Source of the DNA: Anthoceros angustus
Taxonomy: Eukaryota; Plantae; Anthocerotophyta
Assembly (NCBI GenBank): GCA_010909165.1
Contig: MU008160.1
Coordinates: 992,001-1,056,000 of the forward strand
DNA: 64,000 bases
Direction: 5' to 3'
Positions within the stretch are counted from its first letter, which is position 1, and every line of letters begins with the position of its first letter. A program made the position numbers and the translations under genes. This document shows positions 23,442 to 36,553 of the stretch, in pieces. The notes below the pieces were generated by a model, which ran no database searches, had not been told where the DNA came from, and saw only the letters and a program-made list of their open reading frames with translations.

Positions 23442-26400
23442 ATGGCGGGCTCGAATTTCGAGGATGCGGCTGAGGAGCCGCTTTCTATTGCGTTGCAGGA
23501 GCTTCTGGCCGAGCTTGGCGCCGGCCCATGGCCAGCTGATGCAGCTTCTGCCTCTTCATCCAACAGTCCGCCACTGCGCACTGTTCTTGAAGACGATCTA
23601 AGCAATGTCAGGTTCGGGGACTTCTTCTTCCCCCGGCCTTCTGCCGCACCGGTGCCGACAAAGCGGTGGAGGGGAGTGCGGTGGAGGGAAGTGCGACTGC
23701 AGGTGCTCTCTGCCATCGGCCATTGTCCTACTCTCGAAATCATCCGGTTGCGGCCCCAGTATAGAATCGGCTTGGATGGGCGAGAGGAAGAGGTGGAGGC
23801 TCTGTTTGGGGGCCTGGCATCCATAGCCGACACCTCCGCCTTACACAAGCTGGATGTTACAGGTTGTATTGGGATGGGCAGCGCGGCTGGATGTAAAGCT
23901 TTGGGAGGCCTCCTGCGCGTCAGTCGCACGCTCCACGAGTTGATACTGGCAGGGGTCAACCTGAATGGGAACAGGTTGGGGGGAGCTGGTGAGCGCACTG
24001 AGCGCTGCCCCCACCTGCGCTCCGCGTCCTGGACCTGTCATGGAACGACGCTGAGGAGATATCGGGGACAAATAGCGGCGCTGCTCGCTCCGGCATATGC
24101 CCTACTTGCGTGATTTGAACATTGTCGGCTCTTCTGGACATTGCAAGATGCGAGAATAATCGGCAAAGCCCTGGCCAGGAACACAACGTTGGAAGAGTTG
24201 GAAATTGGTAGAATGGAGCTGTGAGATGGGAAATTCCTTCGCACCGGATTCGGAGAAACCAGCACTGAGGGACATGTGACGGTGGGCAATAGATCTGTCA
24301 CTAGGCTCGTAATTTATTACTTGTCACAGGAATGTGGCAGATCTGAATTTGGTATTACGCACAAATGCTGTGCTGGAAGTCTGCGAGATCAAGGGCGCTG
24401 CTGACTGAGAGATCAGATGGGGACCAAGCAGTTACAAGGCCAGAGCCCTCAAGAAATTGAAATTGGGAGGAGATTTTAGCACGGTGTTTAGTGATATAGT
24501 TTTTACATCCTTAGGGAGGAGTACAACTATACAACATCTTGATATTAGAGGCTATCGAACATTGACTTCAAAAATATTCACAGATCTTATGCAAAGTATA
24601 GTTTCGAATGAATCTTTGATATCTATAGAAATAGATAATGCGCAATGGGAAATGGAAGGGAAAAGTGCTTTGTTGAGGGAGGCTGTGCGACGGAATAGTC
24701 AGCAGGTTGCATATTTACCTGCATTATATCGGCAAGTCTTCAAATTTGTATGGCCAAAAGTGGGTAGATTCTTTCTTTGTGGATCGCCAAAAGCAGGTAA
24801 TTCTTTTGCTACAAAACTTGTATTATGAGTTGCTTTTTGTGAATATCTAATATAATCATAAAATATTTGGGGAAAAGCACAATCAAGTATGGTCCACTAT
24901 TCTCAAGATGGAGAGGGTGCCAACTTGCATGACAATGCAATGCCGTGGAGATGACAAAAGGGATAGAAATCGAACATATTTTCGACAATGACGAAGATCT
25001 GCAAGTAAGCATTTGGGATCCGCCGCCGCTGAATTTCGCATTCTCCATGATTATCTCTTTCCTAATATTCACCAAGCTTGTCTTTTTTCGTTCGTGTTTA
25101 GTCCCTTTAACCATGAGTCAGGAGAGATTATGGCTAACAAAGAATTGAAAAGAAGGTTTGAGGATGAATTGAAGTATTGGCTAACATTTATTGCATCTAA
25201 TGTCAAGCAGGGAAGTGAAGTGAAACCAAAATTATTGGTTATAATTACGTACTAGATAAATTTAAAAGAAAGAAAATTATTGAAAGTCTATTAAACAAAA
25301 AATGAAGGATCTAGGAAAGAGTTTTCAGATTTAATAGATGTAATTCCAAGAATGAAAATTATCAAGGCCTATTCCATGAAATATATGAAAAATGTAGCAC
25401 ATGAGGTATCCAAAAGCTTAAAAACTTGCAAAGAACTCAAAAAGTTCCTATATATGTGAGAAATTGAGCCTTGATAAAATGGGTATCAAAATCCTTTTCA
25501 ACCTTTGATGCAACAAGGAATTTGAAAGCTATTGTGTACAACAAGGAGTTGAATCGCCTGATGACCAAAAGAACATAATATCTGCCATTTCATCCTATCT
25601 TCATGATGTTGGAAAAATTATCCAGTTGAAATATAAAGATATAATAGTAATTAATCCTAATTGGATTACTCAAAACTTTCTAGGTCATCTCATACAACCA
25701 CATAATCTACTCTTAGAGCATGCTACTGAAGGATTTGTAGAACGAGGTACTCGAGTTAGCTCTTACTGACTTTACAAAGGGCTATACCGGACTTGAGACT
25801 CAAGACTTGGTGAATATTATGTTGGAGTTGGAGTTATGTTGTAAAGCACCTAAGGATATGAAAATAGAAGGGTTCTTCATTCCAACAACCATCACTCAGC
25901 AAGCAGGCTCAACTACAGAAAGACCTCTACAATGGCCAACTACACATGACAATGATGTAACCTATGAGTTTGTAGGCCGCCGCTTACAATGTCAAGATGT
26001 TCGCACTATCTTAACTGAGGGTTTTTTCCCGAGGTTTCAGGTAAATGTTTTTCTTTTTCTTGGAAGTTTTTGAGGTGAAGAGGTTGACAAAGGTGGTAAC
26101 TTATATTTGAACGTTGCACTAACTTTGTTTCTTTTCTTAAGGTGGTCTTGCGAAATCGTCTTTTTTCCAAGGTAGACTTGGGAATGTTATCTCATCAATA
26201 CATATTCGGCTACAATCTTATTTCCATAGTCTACAATGGCATGGATATCTTTATAGAATACAGCGGAGGAGGAGCGATTGGCGATTTTGTTGACATACTT
26301 GTCAAGTCTACACAACGACGTGGTTTTGCCTATGCATTTATGAGACAACACATCCTCGAAGAATTGAGAAACTTTTGTGCTTCACCTAGGGGTTGTCCAG

Positions 26401-27591
26401 GAGTTGCATTGATAGAAGCTTTCATCAACCTCATCGTGTAACTCGTTTGATACCTTGCAAATTGAGACGGAACCAAGCATACCTTGAGATAGGTTTGACG
26501 AAGTTTCTTATAGATGAAGAGCAAACTTTGCAGTGTGGTGAAGGGTATTTTGTTACGAGAAACATATTGGATTTTATACATTCTTGGCCTCCTATTGGCG
26601 ATGAAGTAAGTGGCATCAGGGTATCTCATAAGGTGGAGGAATTTGTAGATCCAGAATACTTGGCAGATATAGTGCAAAGGAATAGTGAGTATTATGAACG
26701 GCAAAGAGATTGTGTATTGAAGATGACAACATATCTTGTGCCAATATCACATATGGTCACAAGCTCCAAGGCTGCAGCAAGTCACAGTGTGTCTACATTT
26801 CCTTTACGAAGTCACTCTGACCTCTCCGTGGGAAATAGGAGAACTTGGTTAGACATAATATCTATCAAAAGCTTGATATACAACATTCGCAGTGATGGAC
26901 AAACGACAAGAATCAAAAGGAGTTAGTGGAGTTGATTAGATCAGTTGAAGCTAAGATGATGGAGTCGAAAAAGGAAACATTGAGGGCTTTGAAACGCAAC
27001 ATGGATGATATTATAGGGTATCATGGTTCCACCATGCCTCGTCGTCCTTTCTTTGGTAGTGATGATGTATCCTTCCGAGAAAGGTTTATGGCTTTGATTC
27101 AGGTTGGCAAGGCGGTGCATTTGCATCTCATGTGTGAGGAGAGAGGTGGCAACCATATTGTACAAGGACAACCTGGTTATCCTTTGGTTGTACATTCTAA
27201 AAACTACAAGTGGATTCGAAAGCTTTCAGTGATGAGTGCTAACTTGCTTGTGTTTCTAGCCAAGGCAGGCTTGCATGTAGCTGCTGGTTTGGGAAACGCT
27301 ATACCGGACTTTGCAAACTGGGCAGGAGCCATGCCAATGACAGTGATGGGATTGGTAGGGGAAACATTGTCCAACGACCAGCAATTGCCTAACATGGTGG
27401 CCGTGAATGAAGAGGATGTCAATGTGGATGCCTGGTTAGGACTCGAGAACATTCTAAAATCCCTCCATGCCCGTATGTGGGAGATGTTCCAACTCAAACA
27501 AGTGAGATACGCACAAGGAAAAGAAACAGCATGGCTCTGCAATAAGTGCATACGTAAGTGCAAGGCAACAGGATTGCTTATGCAGCGATGA
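23442..27591 (+). CDS. TRN1-like: TORNADO1-like LRR-ROC-COR (ROCO) protein, copy 2; many indels (sequencing error or decay)
   Basis: RI-like LRRs (CKALGGLLRVSRTLHELIL), P-loop FLCGSPKAG|GKST across an intron, TKGIEI..VSIWD..AEFRILHDYLFP, LLVIITY-DK, and COR motifs YLHDVGKII, LVNIMLELELC, VGRRLQCQD..LTEGFFPRFQV. The C-terminus has LHLMCE..HIVQGQPG and AWLCNKC. Confidence 0.85.
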
Positions 27592-28139
27592 TGTGAATGT
27601 GCTAGGTTTGCTATTGGTTTTTTGTGTTGGAGTTCTTTAGAAGTGTAGGTCTGTTTAAAAGCCGAGGTGTTGGTTGGTTGGTGAACGCTTGGAACCTTGG
27701 TGAATGTTCTAAGCTGATCACAGTTTTGCTTTTAAATAATGTAGCATTCCATCACATCTGAACGGATCTGAAGCTTGTAATCTGTTCGAATAAGCTTTGA
27801 GTCTGTTCAAATATTTGAGCTAGTGGTCCAACCCTAAGATACTTTTGATATGTTATCACCATACACTTGAAATTATGTTGCCTGTGGCGAGACTTTGTAG
27901 ATGCGACAGAACTTGGAGCCACTTTTGAGCCTTTTCTCACAAACTTGCAACCAAGACTCACGGGCCGTGTGATCTAGCCGTATGCAGAGACTTATGGACA
28001 ATGCTTGTAAAAATTAAAAAACAACACTATCTCTACAAAGCAAGAACTAGCATGAGCACAAATTGAGCTAAAAGTTGTACCAAGTGCCACTAGACGAAAC
28101 CTGTAAAAAAACATCACTATCACGACAAACCAAGAGCTA

Positions 28140-29340
28140 ACTGTGGACTGCGGACTCTCCCCCTTAGGAAGGTAATAAACTATTTTTTTGTTTTTTCGTA
28201 GTGTGGAGTGGAAAATAAAGCGGAAAGGAAATAAGGTTGTGAAAAGAGGAAATGGTGATGGGCGATCGGAAGTAATGAGTGCAGAAACCGGCGAGGCCAC
28301 TCCCGGACTAAACTCAGCCACTCGGATGAACTCCGGAGTAGGCCGCCCGATCGAACTCGGAGTAGGCCGCCCGGATGAACTCCGGAGTAGGCCGCCCGAT
28401 CGAACCGGAGTAGGCCCGATCGAACTCGAGGCCGCCCGATCGAACTCCGGAGTAGGCCACGATAAGTCCGCCGGGAAAAGTAACTTCGGGAAAGGGAGGG
28501 AGCGCAATTGGCAAGGGGGCCACGTGGACGGTGCTGAGAGGAGAACGTGCATGCAGCGGACCAGGACCGCAGGTTGCCGTCATGGGTAGGTAACACTTAA
28601 GTACATGCGCCGGGCGGCGTAAGGCTAGAGTACACGATGCAAGACTCGCGATGTAGCGAAGGACGCCTCCACGCTTGCCATTTCGACGCGTTACATCGAG
28701 AGAAGGCCATTCTCTCGACCGACTCCGGCGCGATACTTGCGCAGCATCCCGCCCGGGCGCTATCTCTTCCGATGCCCAAGCGCACCCACGCGCCATCGCC
28801 CGAACCGAGCGCTCATCGCGCGGAACTTAGCGGAGCATTGCCACCCACCAGCAGACACCCGCGTGAGTATGGGAACCAAGAAGGCGGCGGAGGTTTGGGA
28901 GCCCTGGCGCCTAGTAGAGAAGAACATTGTCACCATGCGCTACCCAAATTTCAGACCCAGACATATGGTAGCTCGAACACGCCATTCCGCTGTTGAGAGA
29001 CGGACATGTGCCTGATTTGGATGAAGTATCTCTCCAGAAGCTGCAGCGAAGAATTGCTCGCTATGTGTACAAGGATGGTAAGGTGCTCATAGTCGATCGA
29101 GGGATCAACAAAGAGGTGCCGCCTGCGTGGAAGAAAGGAAACCATTGGTGACCAAGGTGCACAAGATCTTTGGGACACTTTGGTGTGAAGCGAACGATCA
29201 CATGCGCCGAAAACCGCATGAGGCAGGAGCCGGTAACCGGCACTGGACATCTCTGTGCGGTGTGGACTGCGGCCGCTAGTGGAACGCAAAGTTTGGGCAA
29301 CCAGCCCAAAAGAGCTCAAGACAAACAAGTTTGATTTTTT
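28140..29340 (+). mobile_element. Ty3/gypsy remnant: shared leader with ~22-bp tandem repeats, accessory ORF start (copy 2), then an integrase zinc-binding fragment
   Basis: MGTKKAAEVWEPWRLVEKNIVTMRYPNFRP, then YVYKDGKVLI..EVPP..VTKVH..GHFGVKRT across indels (HHCC-domain-like). GAACTCCGGAGTAGGCCGCCCGAT repeats lie at about 28325-28460. Confidence 0.7.
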
Positions 29341-29826
29341 TGGCTAGAACGATTGAAGAGGAGCATGCCAAGAAATTTTCGAGAATCTTGAAGCGGAGTT
29401 GTAGGATATTGTTAGGAAGATGAAGAGGATATCCCGTGAAGAAGAACGGGTAAACGACCCCGCATTTGGCGGTGAGGGCACCGAAAGGTAGGTTGGCGAT
29501 CACCGTAGGTCGCCACACCACGCCGTAGGTCGAGAAGGGAAGCGATCATCATGTAAGCGTATCACCGTGGTAGACGAATCTCGCTAAAAGGAAATTTAGA
29601 ATAGAGGGGGATATCCACTATATATGCTCACCAATAGGGAATAAATATATAGAGTAATTAGAAGCGGTTAATTAGGATAACGAAAAGATAGGAAAATAGG
29701 TAGTTTAGATAGAATTAGGATTTTGGAATGATGAATCCAATCTAGGGTTGTGCGCGGTGGCGACATCCAAAGGAGGCAAAGTGCGCCGGGCCGCCTCCAC
29801 TTCGCAAGAGCTAGAACGAGCTGGAG

Positions 29827-30261
29827 TTGGAGCGTAAGACGCAGGAAGGAAAGCCGCCATCGCGAGCAAGCCGAGCGAGGCGGAGCTCGGCCCATCGAGA
29901 AAGGAGACCCAGCAAAGACGGAGACCGGAAGGAAGAAAGCGCGAGTACCGCAAGCCGGGAGAGCTCACCACGCCGCCGAACCACCGGAAGAGGAAGTGTG
30001 AAGCGAACCAAGAAGGCGGAGCACTTGGAGAGCCGTGGCGGAAAATTGAGAGCGGAAGAGCGAGAATTGGTGGCGACACCGGAAGGGACACGGAGAGAAT
30101 TGGCGCAGAACATTGCCGTGGCTAACGTGGCCGCAGAAGGAGGTGTTACCGCAANATCGCTTTGGCGCAAGCGGAGCTTGTCATTCTCTTGGAGCGAACT
30201 TCCTTCCTACAACGACAGGATTGTCTTGCGCCCGGTGGCCGTCGACAAAAGTCGTGCCTGA
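29827..30261 (+). other. Uncharacterised R/S/E-rich ORF, probably TE-associated
   Basis: 144-aa open frame with a low-complexity then coiled-coil-like segment. No family recognised. Confidence 0.3.
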
Positions 30262-30599
30262 TTCTCAATGGGGTGTAATAAAGATGGGGGCAGAGAGAAG
30301 AGAGGGGTCCTTATTACAGTCATGTTGCAATTGCATAAGGGAATTAATAAACAATGCGTATGAGAGAGGGGATGTAGTTAAGAGGGTGAAGTGGTAGGAG
30401 AGAGGCAGTTCGATGTTAAGATTGTAGGCCCACTTGGGGAAAAAGAAATGACAAACTCAATACCAAGCCTCCAAATGATGTTGCAAGTTAGAAGTGTAAC
30501 ATAAAATTGCAACAACGACTGTAACATAGGCTGCCCTTTCTAGTAGGGGTACAGGTTCCCGGCTTCTAGCCCGCCCTTGCATCCAGGCATTCCGAATCG

Positions 30600-31330
30600 C
30601 ACCAGCTTCTTTTTCTCCCGCGATGAGGTTTCGCCTGGGACAGGTCTAACCATTAGCATGTTCTCTTCCGGCCTGCTGCTGCGGGGCCTCTATCGATGAC
30701 CTTGGGGCCTACTTAGCGCGTTGTCCAATGGGTGGATAGCGTATTGCTACACATGGTGCCGTCCGAGACGTCGTGTTCTCGATGGCCAAGGAGAGAGGTT
30801 TCTTCCCGTTCAAGGAGCATCATTATACTCTGCTCGATGGCATCTCTATCGGAGCTGACCTTTTCTTGACGCGAGGGGACGAGGTCTCGATTGCGGATAT
30901 GGTTATCACTGACCCAACCAGAGATTCTATTAGCGACCATGTCATCATCAACCCTCTAGGTTGGGCAGCGAAAGGGACTACAACTAAGAAAATTTACAAG
31001 TACAGGCTCATGCAGCAACGTCACATTTTCATCCCCCTTGCATGGGGCCTTGCAAGGGCCTACCACAACGATAGGAGCAGGGTTGGCCTCCCCCTTTCCA
31101 GTGTCGTGGCATATTCTAGGCAACGGGTTTCCATCGCCTTGTAAAGGGCGTTGGCCAGCGCCATCTTTAGGACGATCACGAGTGCTGGAGACGCGGCATT
31201 GGCGCCACCAGTGGTAAGTAGGCCCTTCCCTATCTCAAACGACGACATCTTGGGGGCAGTTGGGGGTTATAGAGTAGATTCGTACGGGGGGCATGGCCCC
31301 CCTAGCCTGGTGCCCCGTCATGGGTTGACC
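30600..31330 (+). mobile_element. 3' fragment of a CRE/R2-type non-LTR retrotransposon (zinc knuckle plus restriction-like endonuclease)
   Basis: YLARCPMGG*RIATHGAVRDVVFSMAKE, ADLFL..IADMVITDPTR, AAK..KKIYKY, FIPLA and LPLSSVVAYSRQRVSIAL. Confidence 0.75.
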
Positions 31331-31788
31331 CCTTTGGCCTCCGGGTAGATGGGATTTCCCATCTTGTTCTTTTTATAAACTCTCCACAATATCTATCTTT
31401 ACTTCCCTCGCCTCACCACTAAAGTCTTAGGCATGTCATGTCATGTCTTTTGCCTTTTCTATTTGTATAGATTTAACTCGCTGTTCAATTCGAAAAAGCC
31501 TTTCCCGCCAAGACACTTGGGCTCGGGGCTTCAGCTGTACTTCGAGCGTTGTGAGCGCAAAACATCAATGCGCATTGTGTTGTGCAGATTTCCTACCATG
31601 CGATTGAGTGCTGGTAAGTGCCCAGCAGCGCATCATCCACCGTTCACCTCCCTATTATGCACATGCTGCTGTCTGGGGTTTGAATCTCGGAATCCAGAAA
31701 GCTCCGGATGAGGGAGGGAGGGCCACAATCCGCCGGTAAAAGGACGTGCTGAGAACGTTGCAGTAGAGCGTTTGCTTGGGTCAGCGGC

Positions 31789-34700
31789 ATGGCGGGGGTT
31801 TCAGTGTCGGGAATTGAAACAGGGAAGCCCGGGGGAAGGAAGTTTGGTGACTCCTTGTACAACAGCTCCGAGGCGCGGTTCCGCTACGAGGCCTACAGCA
31901 AGCTACAGGCAACCGCAGTTGCGTTCGGGGAGAAGCTTCCGATCCCTGAGATTGTTGCACTGGGAGGGCAGTCGGATGGCAAGAGCACCCTTCTGGAAGC
32001 CCTGCTCGGGTTTCGGTTCAATGTGCGGGAGGTGGAGATGGGCACCAGGCGGCCCTTGATGCTGCAGATGGTGCACGATACAGAGGCTCTGGAGCCCCGG
32101 TGTCGCTTGCAAGTACGGGATTTCAATTCTGCTTCTGGCTGTGAGGATTGCACTGGCAGGTTTTGGAGTCATCACAAGGCATTTTCTGTTTATGTTATCT
32201 CCAGAACGAGGACTCGGATGACTATGGTCCTCTGATTGAGCCGGCATCCTCGGTGGCTGAGGCCATCAGGATCAGAACCGAGGAGCACCTGAAGGTTGTC
32301 GGGACAGCTGTGAGTGCAAAGCCAATTGTCATGCGTGCGGAGTATGCATTTTGCCCCAACCTCACCATAATCGACACTCCTGGTTTTATTCTCAAGGTCG
32401 GTGATCCTGGTTCACTGCCGTATCTCAATGTTCTGGATGGAGCTATGATGTGTGGTTTGTAGTAGCTGTGTTGTGGAGTTCGTACTGTATTTCTCACATG
32501 CATTTTTGGCTGGCAGGCAAAGAAAGGGGAACCCGATTCAACTCCTAAGGACATACTTGAGATGGTGAGGGCCATAGCGGCTCCTCAGCACAGGATGCTT
32601 CTGTTCCTTCAACAGAGTAGTGTGGAGTGGTGCTCCTCTCTCTGGCTGGATACCGTTCGCTCAATTGACCCATCTCTTCGAAGAACAACGGTCGTCGTGT
32701 CAAAATTTGATAATCGCCTGAAGGTGAGACTGTATGGAGATGGAAGCATGATATGGAATGATTTGCCTACCTGCTGAAACTCGAAGGGACAAGCAAAATG
32801 CTCCGGGGCTGATGTTAACAGCAAGATCTTGCCTCTGTTTTCTCAGGAGTTTGCAGAGCGTTGGGAAGTGGATCGGTATTTGAGTGCTGGAGGTTATCTT
32901 GGGGAGAACGCCCGACCTTTTTTTGTTGCGCTGCCAAAGGATCGCACCACGTCTAATAACGACGAGTTTCGCAACCAGATTTGTGAGGTTGACGCTGAAG
33001 TTGTGAAGCACCTCCGTGAGAACATTAGTGGAGGCTTTGATGAAGATCGGTTCGGTCTCCACATTGGCTTTGGAAACCTGAAGAGATATTTGGAGCAGGA
33101 ACTCCAACGAAGGTACATCATGGATGCCAGTAGGAACAAGAACATCAGTCAACTCCATTTTCTGTTGGTAGTTGTAACATATCTTCTTATGGCAATTTTC
33201 AGGTACAGGGATGCCGCGCCAGCGACATTAGCTCTACTGGAACAGCGATGTTCTGAGATCTGTACGGAATTGACAGTTATTGATTCAAGACTTTCCAGGG
33301 CTGCCGATGTAGCATCGTTACGCAGAGCTGCAATGACTCACGCGGCTGCTGTGGCCAGTCATGTGGTATGTCTGTCGTGCGTCCCTCAACTTACGAGTTT
33401 CTGAAGCAACTGTTTTCAGTCCTTGTACGTACAAGTGTGTTATTTCATTTTTGTCAAACATTCATGTCACATGTCCCTTGCATTTGTTTCCTGAGAAAAA
33501 GGCTGCCCTTCTGGATGGAGCGGCTGAGCTAGATCCTTCTGAATGGGGCCGAACCACCGAAGAGGAGAGAGCAGCTAGTGGTGCAATACACTGGCCTGGT
33601 CTGAACACTGAAGTCAAGCCTCTAGATGCAGGGCTGAGGTTGTATGGCGGAGCTGCTTTTGAGAGAGTTCTGAATGAATTTCGTTGTGCTGCCTGTACAT
33701 TGGAATGCCCCATAGTTTCCAAGGAAAAGGTGAGAATTCTGATTCCCTTCACGACCCCGTTTTGGATGTCAGCAACTTCAACACCTTGTAATAACATTCG
33801 GACGTCATCAGGTGAAAAACATGCTACTCGCCCATGCAGGAAGAGGTGGCGGGGTCGGAGCTGCAGCAGCAGCAATAGCCCGGTCAGAAGCTCGATCTTG
33901 GCTGGGTCCCCTGCTCGACACAGCATGCAACCGCCTTGCTCACGTTCTTCGAAGTCTGTTTGATCTTGCCTTGGAATGCATCCGGCTTCAAGAGATGAGT
34001 CCATGTAAGGCATTTCATCCTGTCTGCGATTACCCTGTGTGGCAAGTTGGGCAGCTGAGCAGGCATAGTGGTGATCTCTACGTTGTTCGACGTGACTCTG
34101 CAGTTCGCAAAGAATCTTCTGAGCTTTCCGCCTTTGTCACCTTCCATGCCGCCCTAAGAAGGGCTCATAACAAATACATTGAAGAGCTAACCCATAGGTG
34201 CAAAGAATTGGTCCGGCACCATTTGACAACAGCCACAAGCCCATACTCTCAGGTACAAGTCTAGAGATTCGCATCGCTTGCAGTCTGCAACAGTTCCTTT
34301 GTGTTTGTTCCGGGCCTAATCTGATGGGCACTTCCTGGTACACAGCTATTTGGATTGGAAGGCCAACACCCACAAAGCTACTTCACAGATATCATTGTAG
34401 GCGGCACCAAACCACAAAGGTCCAAGCTGCTTGTGGATTTTGTGGAGGAGTGCATCAATGACGACGAGAATGCGGACCCGGTTACAGGAGCAAAGGTCAC
34501 GGCATACAGCCCAACAAGAGAAGACAGGGAACCTCTCCGTGAGAGCCAAATAACCATCCCCGACACCCCTTCACCTGAAATGGCAGCAAGTGAGGTGAAA
34601 GTGGCAAAGAGGAAGGAGTTCGCCATTGTCAGTGGACGTTTGAATGGTGCAGCAGCGGGACTGGATGCAGGTGTAAGGAAAAGGTCCGGTGCAACCCTGA

Positions 34701-35150
34701 CCGGGCGGCTAGCTCAGTATAAAGAACCTCGGCATCACGGCCAGGATACAGCTTTAAGATCATCCTATGAGGAAGTGTGCTCTTCGGCTGCTGACCAGTT
34801 TGGCAAAATCCGTGCCCTGCTCGTGGAACGCAGCGTCCCAGCTACCTTGAACGCAGGGTTCCTCAATCCGTGGTGAGTGCAGCCTTCCCCTTTCCATTTG
34901 GGTGCCATGGAAGACGAGTATGCCCTAACCTACCTACTCACGCTCACCGTTGTTGCGTTTCAGTCGGGACGGTTTGGCAGTGGCCGTGGGGCTCGAGCTA
35001 TTTGCTGTCAGCGACGACAAGTTCATGCAGATGTTCGTGGCTCCCGGAGCTGTTGACCAATTGGGGAAGGAGAGAGAATCTCTACAGAAGCGATGCACCA
35101 TCCTGAGCAACTGCCTACAAGAATTCCGCACCCTCTCCACTGCCCTGTGA
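31789..35150 (+). CDS. DRP5A: Dynamin-related protein 5A (ARC5-like, cytokinesis). Exons 31789-32112, 32205-32396, 32517-32723, 32847-33112, 33203-33365, ~33502-33729, 33812-34004, 34104-34252, 34346-34872, 34964-35150
   Basis: AVAFGEKLPIPEIVALGGQSDGKSTLLEALLGFRFNVREVEMGTRRPL, IIDTPGF, VVVSKFDNRLK, and C-terminal LELFAVSDDKFMQMFVAPGA..LQEFRTLSTAL. GT-AG introns keep the frame. Confidence 0.96.
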
Positions 35151-35581
35151 AGTCATTAATTGATGAGTTCGGCAACTTCCCCGCTGCTTGTGGCGCAGCA
35201 TGAACCTATCTACCAATGCGGGTGGAATGAGCGGTTTGCTGACCAGCTAGAGTGGTGGATGAGAAGTGTGGAACAAGACCATCTACTCTGAACAGAACTA
35301 CGCAGCATCAGATAATACGTGCAAACTTGCCGTCATGGGAATCAGGCCGTAAGTTAGCTTACATCATTTGCTGCATCTCGTGTCCTCAGCACCTAACGGA
35401 TAGCATCGACCATCCCAAGACCTACCGTAGCACGTCCCTGGGGTCCCATATTCAAGCGAGAACAGGAAAGCCTGCATACACAAACTCTACTCCTTACCCA
35501 ACTACTCAACACCCAACCAGCAGGGCTCATCACCTCTTGCAACCATCACTTGACACGGAGCCGAATGGGCAGCACTGGAGG

Positions 35582-35637
35582 TGCATGCCGGCCACGTTTC
35601 AACGTGGGACGACACTTGGCAGACCCAGACACTTGTC
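35582..35637 (+). promoter_or_regulatory. RY element plus two ABRE cores and two GACACTTG boxes about 200-245 bp upstream of the small membrane-protein gene
   Basis: TGCATG at 35582, GCCACGT at 35591, ACGTGG at 35602, GACACTTGGC at 35611 and GACACTTGTC at 35628. Confidence 0.6.
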
Positions 35638-35826
35638 CCCCTGCAAACCCTTTCTTCACGCAGAGGCTCGCAGCCATGAGGCGGCATCATCGAATCAGGC
35701 TTGGGCAAGCAGAAGCGTTAGCAGCAAGCGCACAGATCAGGAGACTACCACTCGCCCCAAGAATCGCATACGCAGCAAGGAAACATGCCGGGCGATGGAT
35801 GGAAGACGAACGCGGACACTACCAAA

Positions 35827-36060
35827 ATGAGCCCTGAGGAAGTGGAGAAGTTAGGGCTACAGGGTTCCAAGAGGCCGCCAGGCCAGAACCCCGGCGGCGT
35901 GCTCCACCAGCGGAGCGGCATGTCCCTGCAGAAGGCAGGGGTTTACCCTGTGGCTCTTGCCGGGGTGATTGTTCTGGCCGGCGTGGCTACCTGGGGCTAC
36001 TACCACCGCCATCTCACACCTGAGCAGAAGCTTCCCGGAAGAACCTCCACAAGCGAGTGA
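35827..36060 (+). CDS. 77-aa single-pass membrane protein of a conserved uncharacterised plant family
   Basis: MSPEEVEKLGLQGSKRPPGQNPGGVLHQR followed by hydrophobic VYPVALAGVIVLAGVATWGYY. The RPPGxNPGxVLHQR motif is recalled from angiosperm small proteins. Confidence 0.75.
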   Translation: MSPEEVEKLGLQGSKRPPGQNPGGVLHQRSGMSLQKAGVYPVALAGVIVLAGVATWGYYHRHLTPEQKLPGRTSTSE

Positions 36061-36553
36061 CTCCGGTAAATACAATTCTCGCTTTCCTCCTCCTCCTGCC
36101 GCTCTGTCCTAGGGTTTACATGATTTGTTATCGCAGGTTCTGCAAAGGGATGCGTTAAGCAACAAATCTGGCATTGCACACACTTGAGATACCTCTGCAT
36201 CCAGAACTGCTATCGGAAGCAAGAGGCCGGTTCTTGCCGAGATCATTGTACACCCGTCTTGGAGCCCTGTCTGTTACAACAGCCTGTGCCAAATGTAGAC
36301 CGCTGAAACCACAAGGATATGTGGAGACTGTTGACCACAAAATGTATATGAATGAGCATGAATTTTGCATGCACGATATGTAATTTGGTAGCTTATCCCG
36401 TCAGCTACCCCCCCCGTTCCGTTGTGCGTTATGTCGTCCGTTGGCGTGGAAGTGATATAAATTTGGAGCCAATCTCCGAACCTCGGTTTCCGGCTCCTCG
36501 TTGCTCGCAGCAACTTGTATCAGCTGAGTGCGAGATCCGTCTGCTTTGCAGCC

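Noticed and set aside
22718-23998. 426-aa minus-strand ORF
   Set aside because: It is largely the antisense shadow of the GC-rich ROCO LRR region, with no recognisable domain.
1-27591. Frequent frameshifts in PPR, LecRK and ROCO genes read as programmed frameshifting or proof of pseudogenisation
   Set aside because: They are mostly 1-2 nt losses, often in homopolymers, in otherwise well-conserved sequence, and N bases occur in the window. This is typical of unpolished long-read error.
27959-27977. Helitron-like 3' end (CACGGGCCGTG hairpin, then CTAG)
   Set aside because: The hairpin is short, only 4 nt from CTAG, not followed by T, and no matching 5' TC end was identified.
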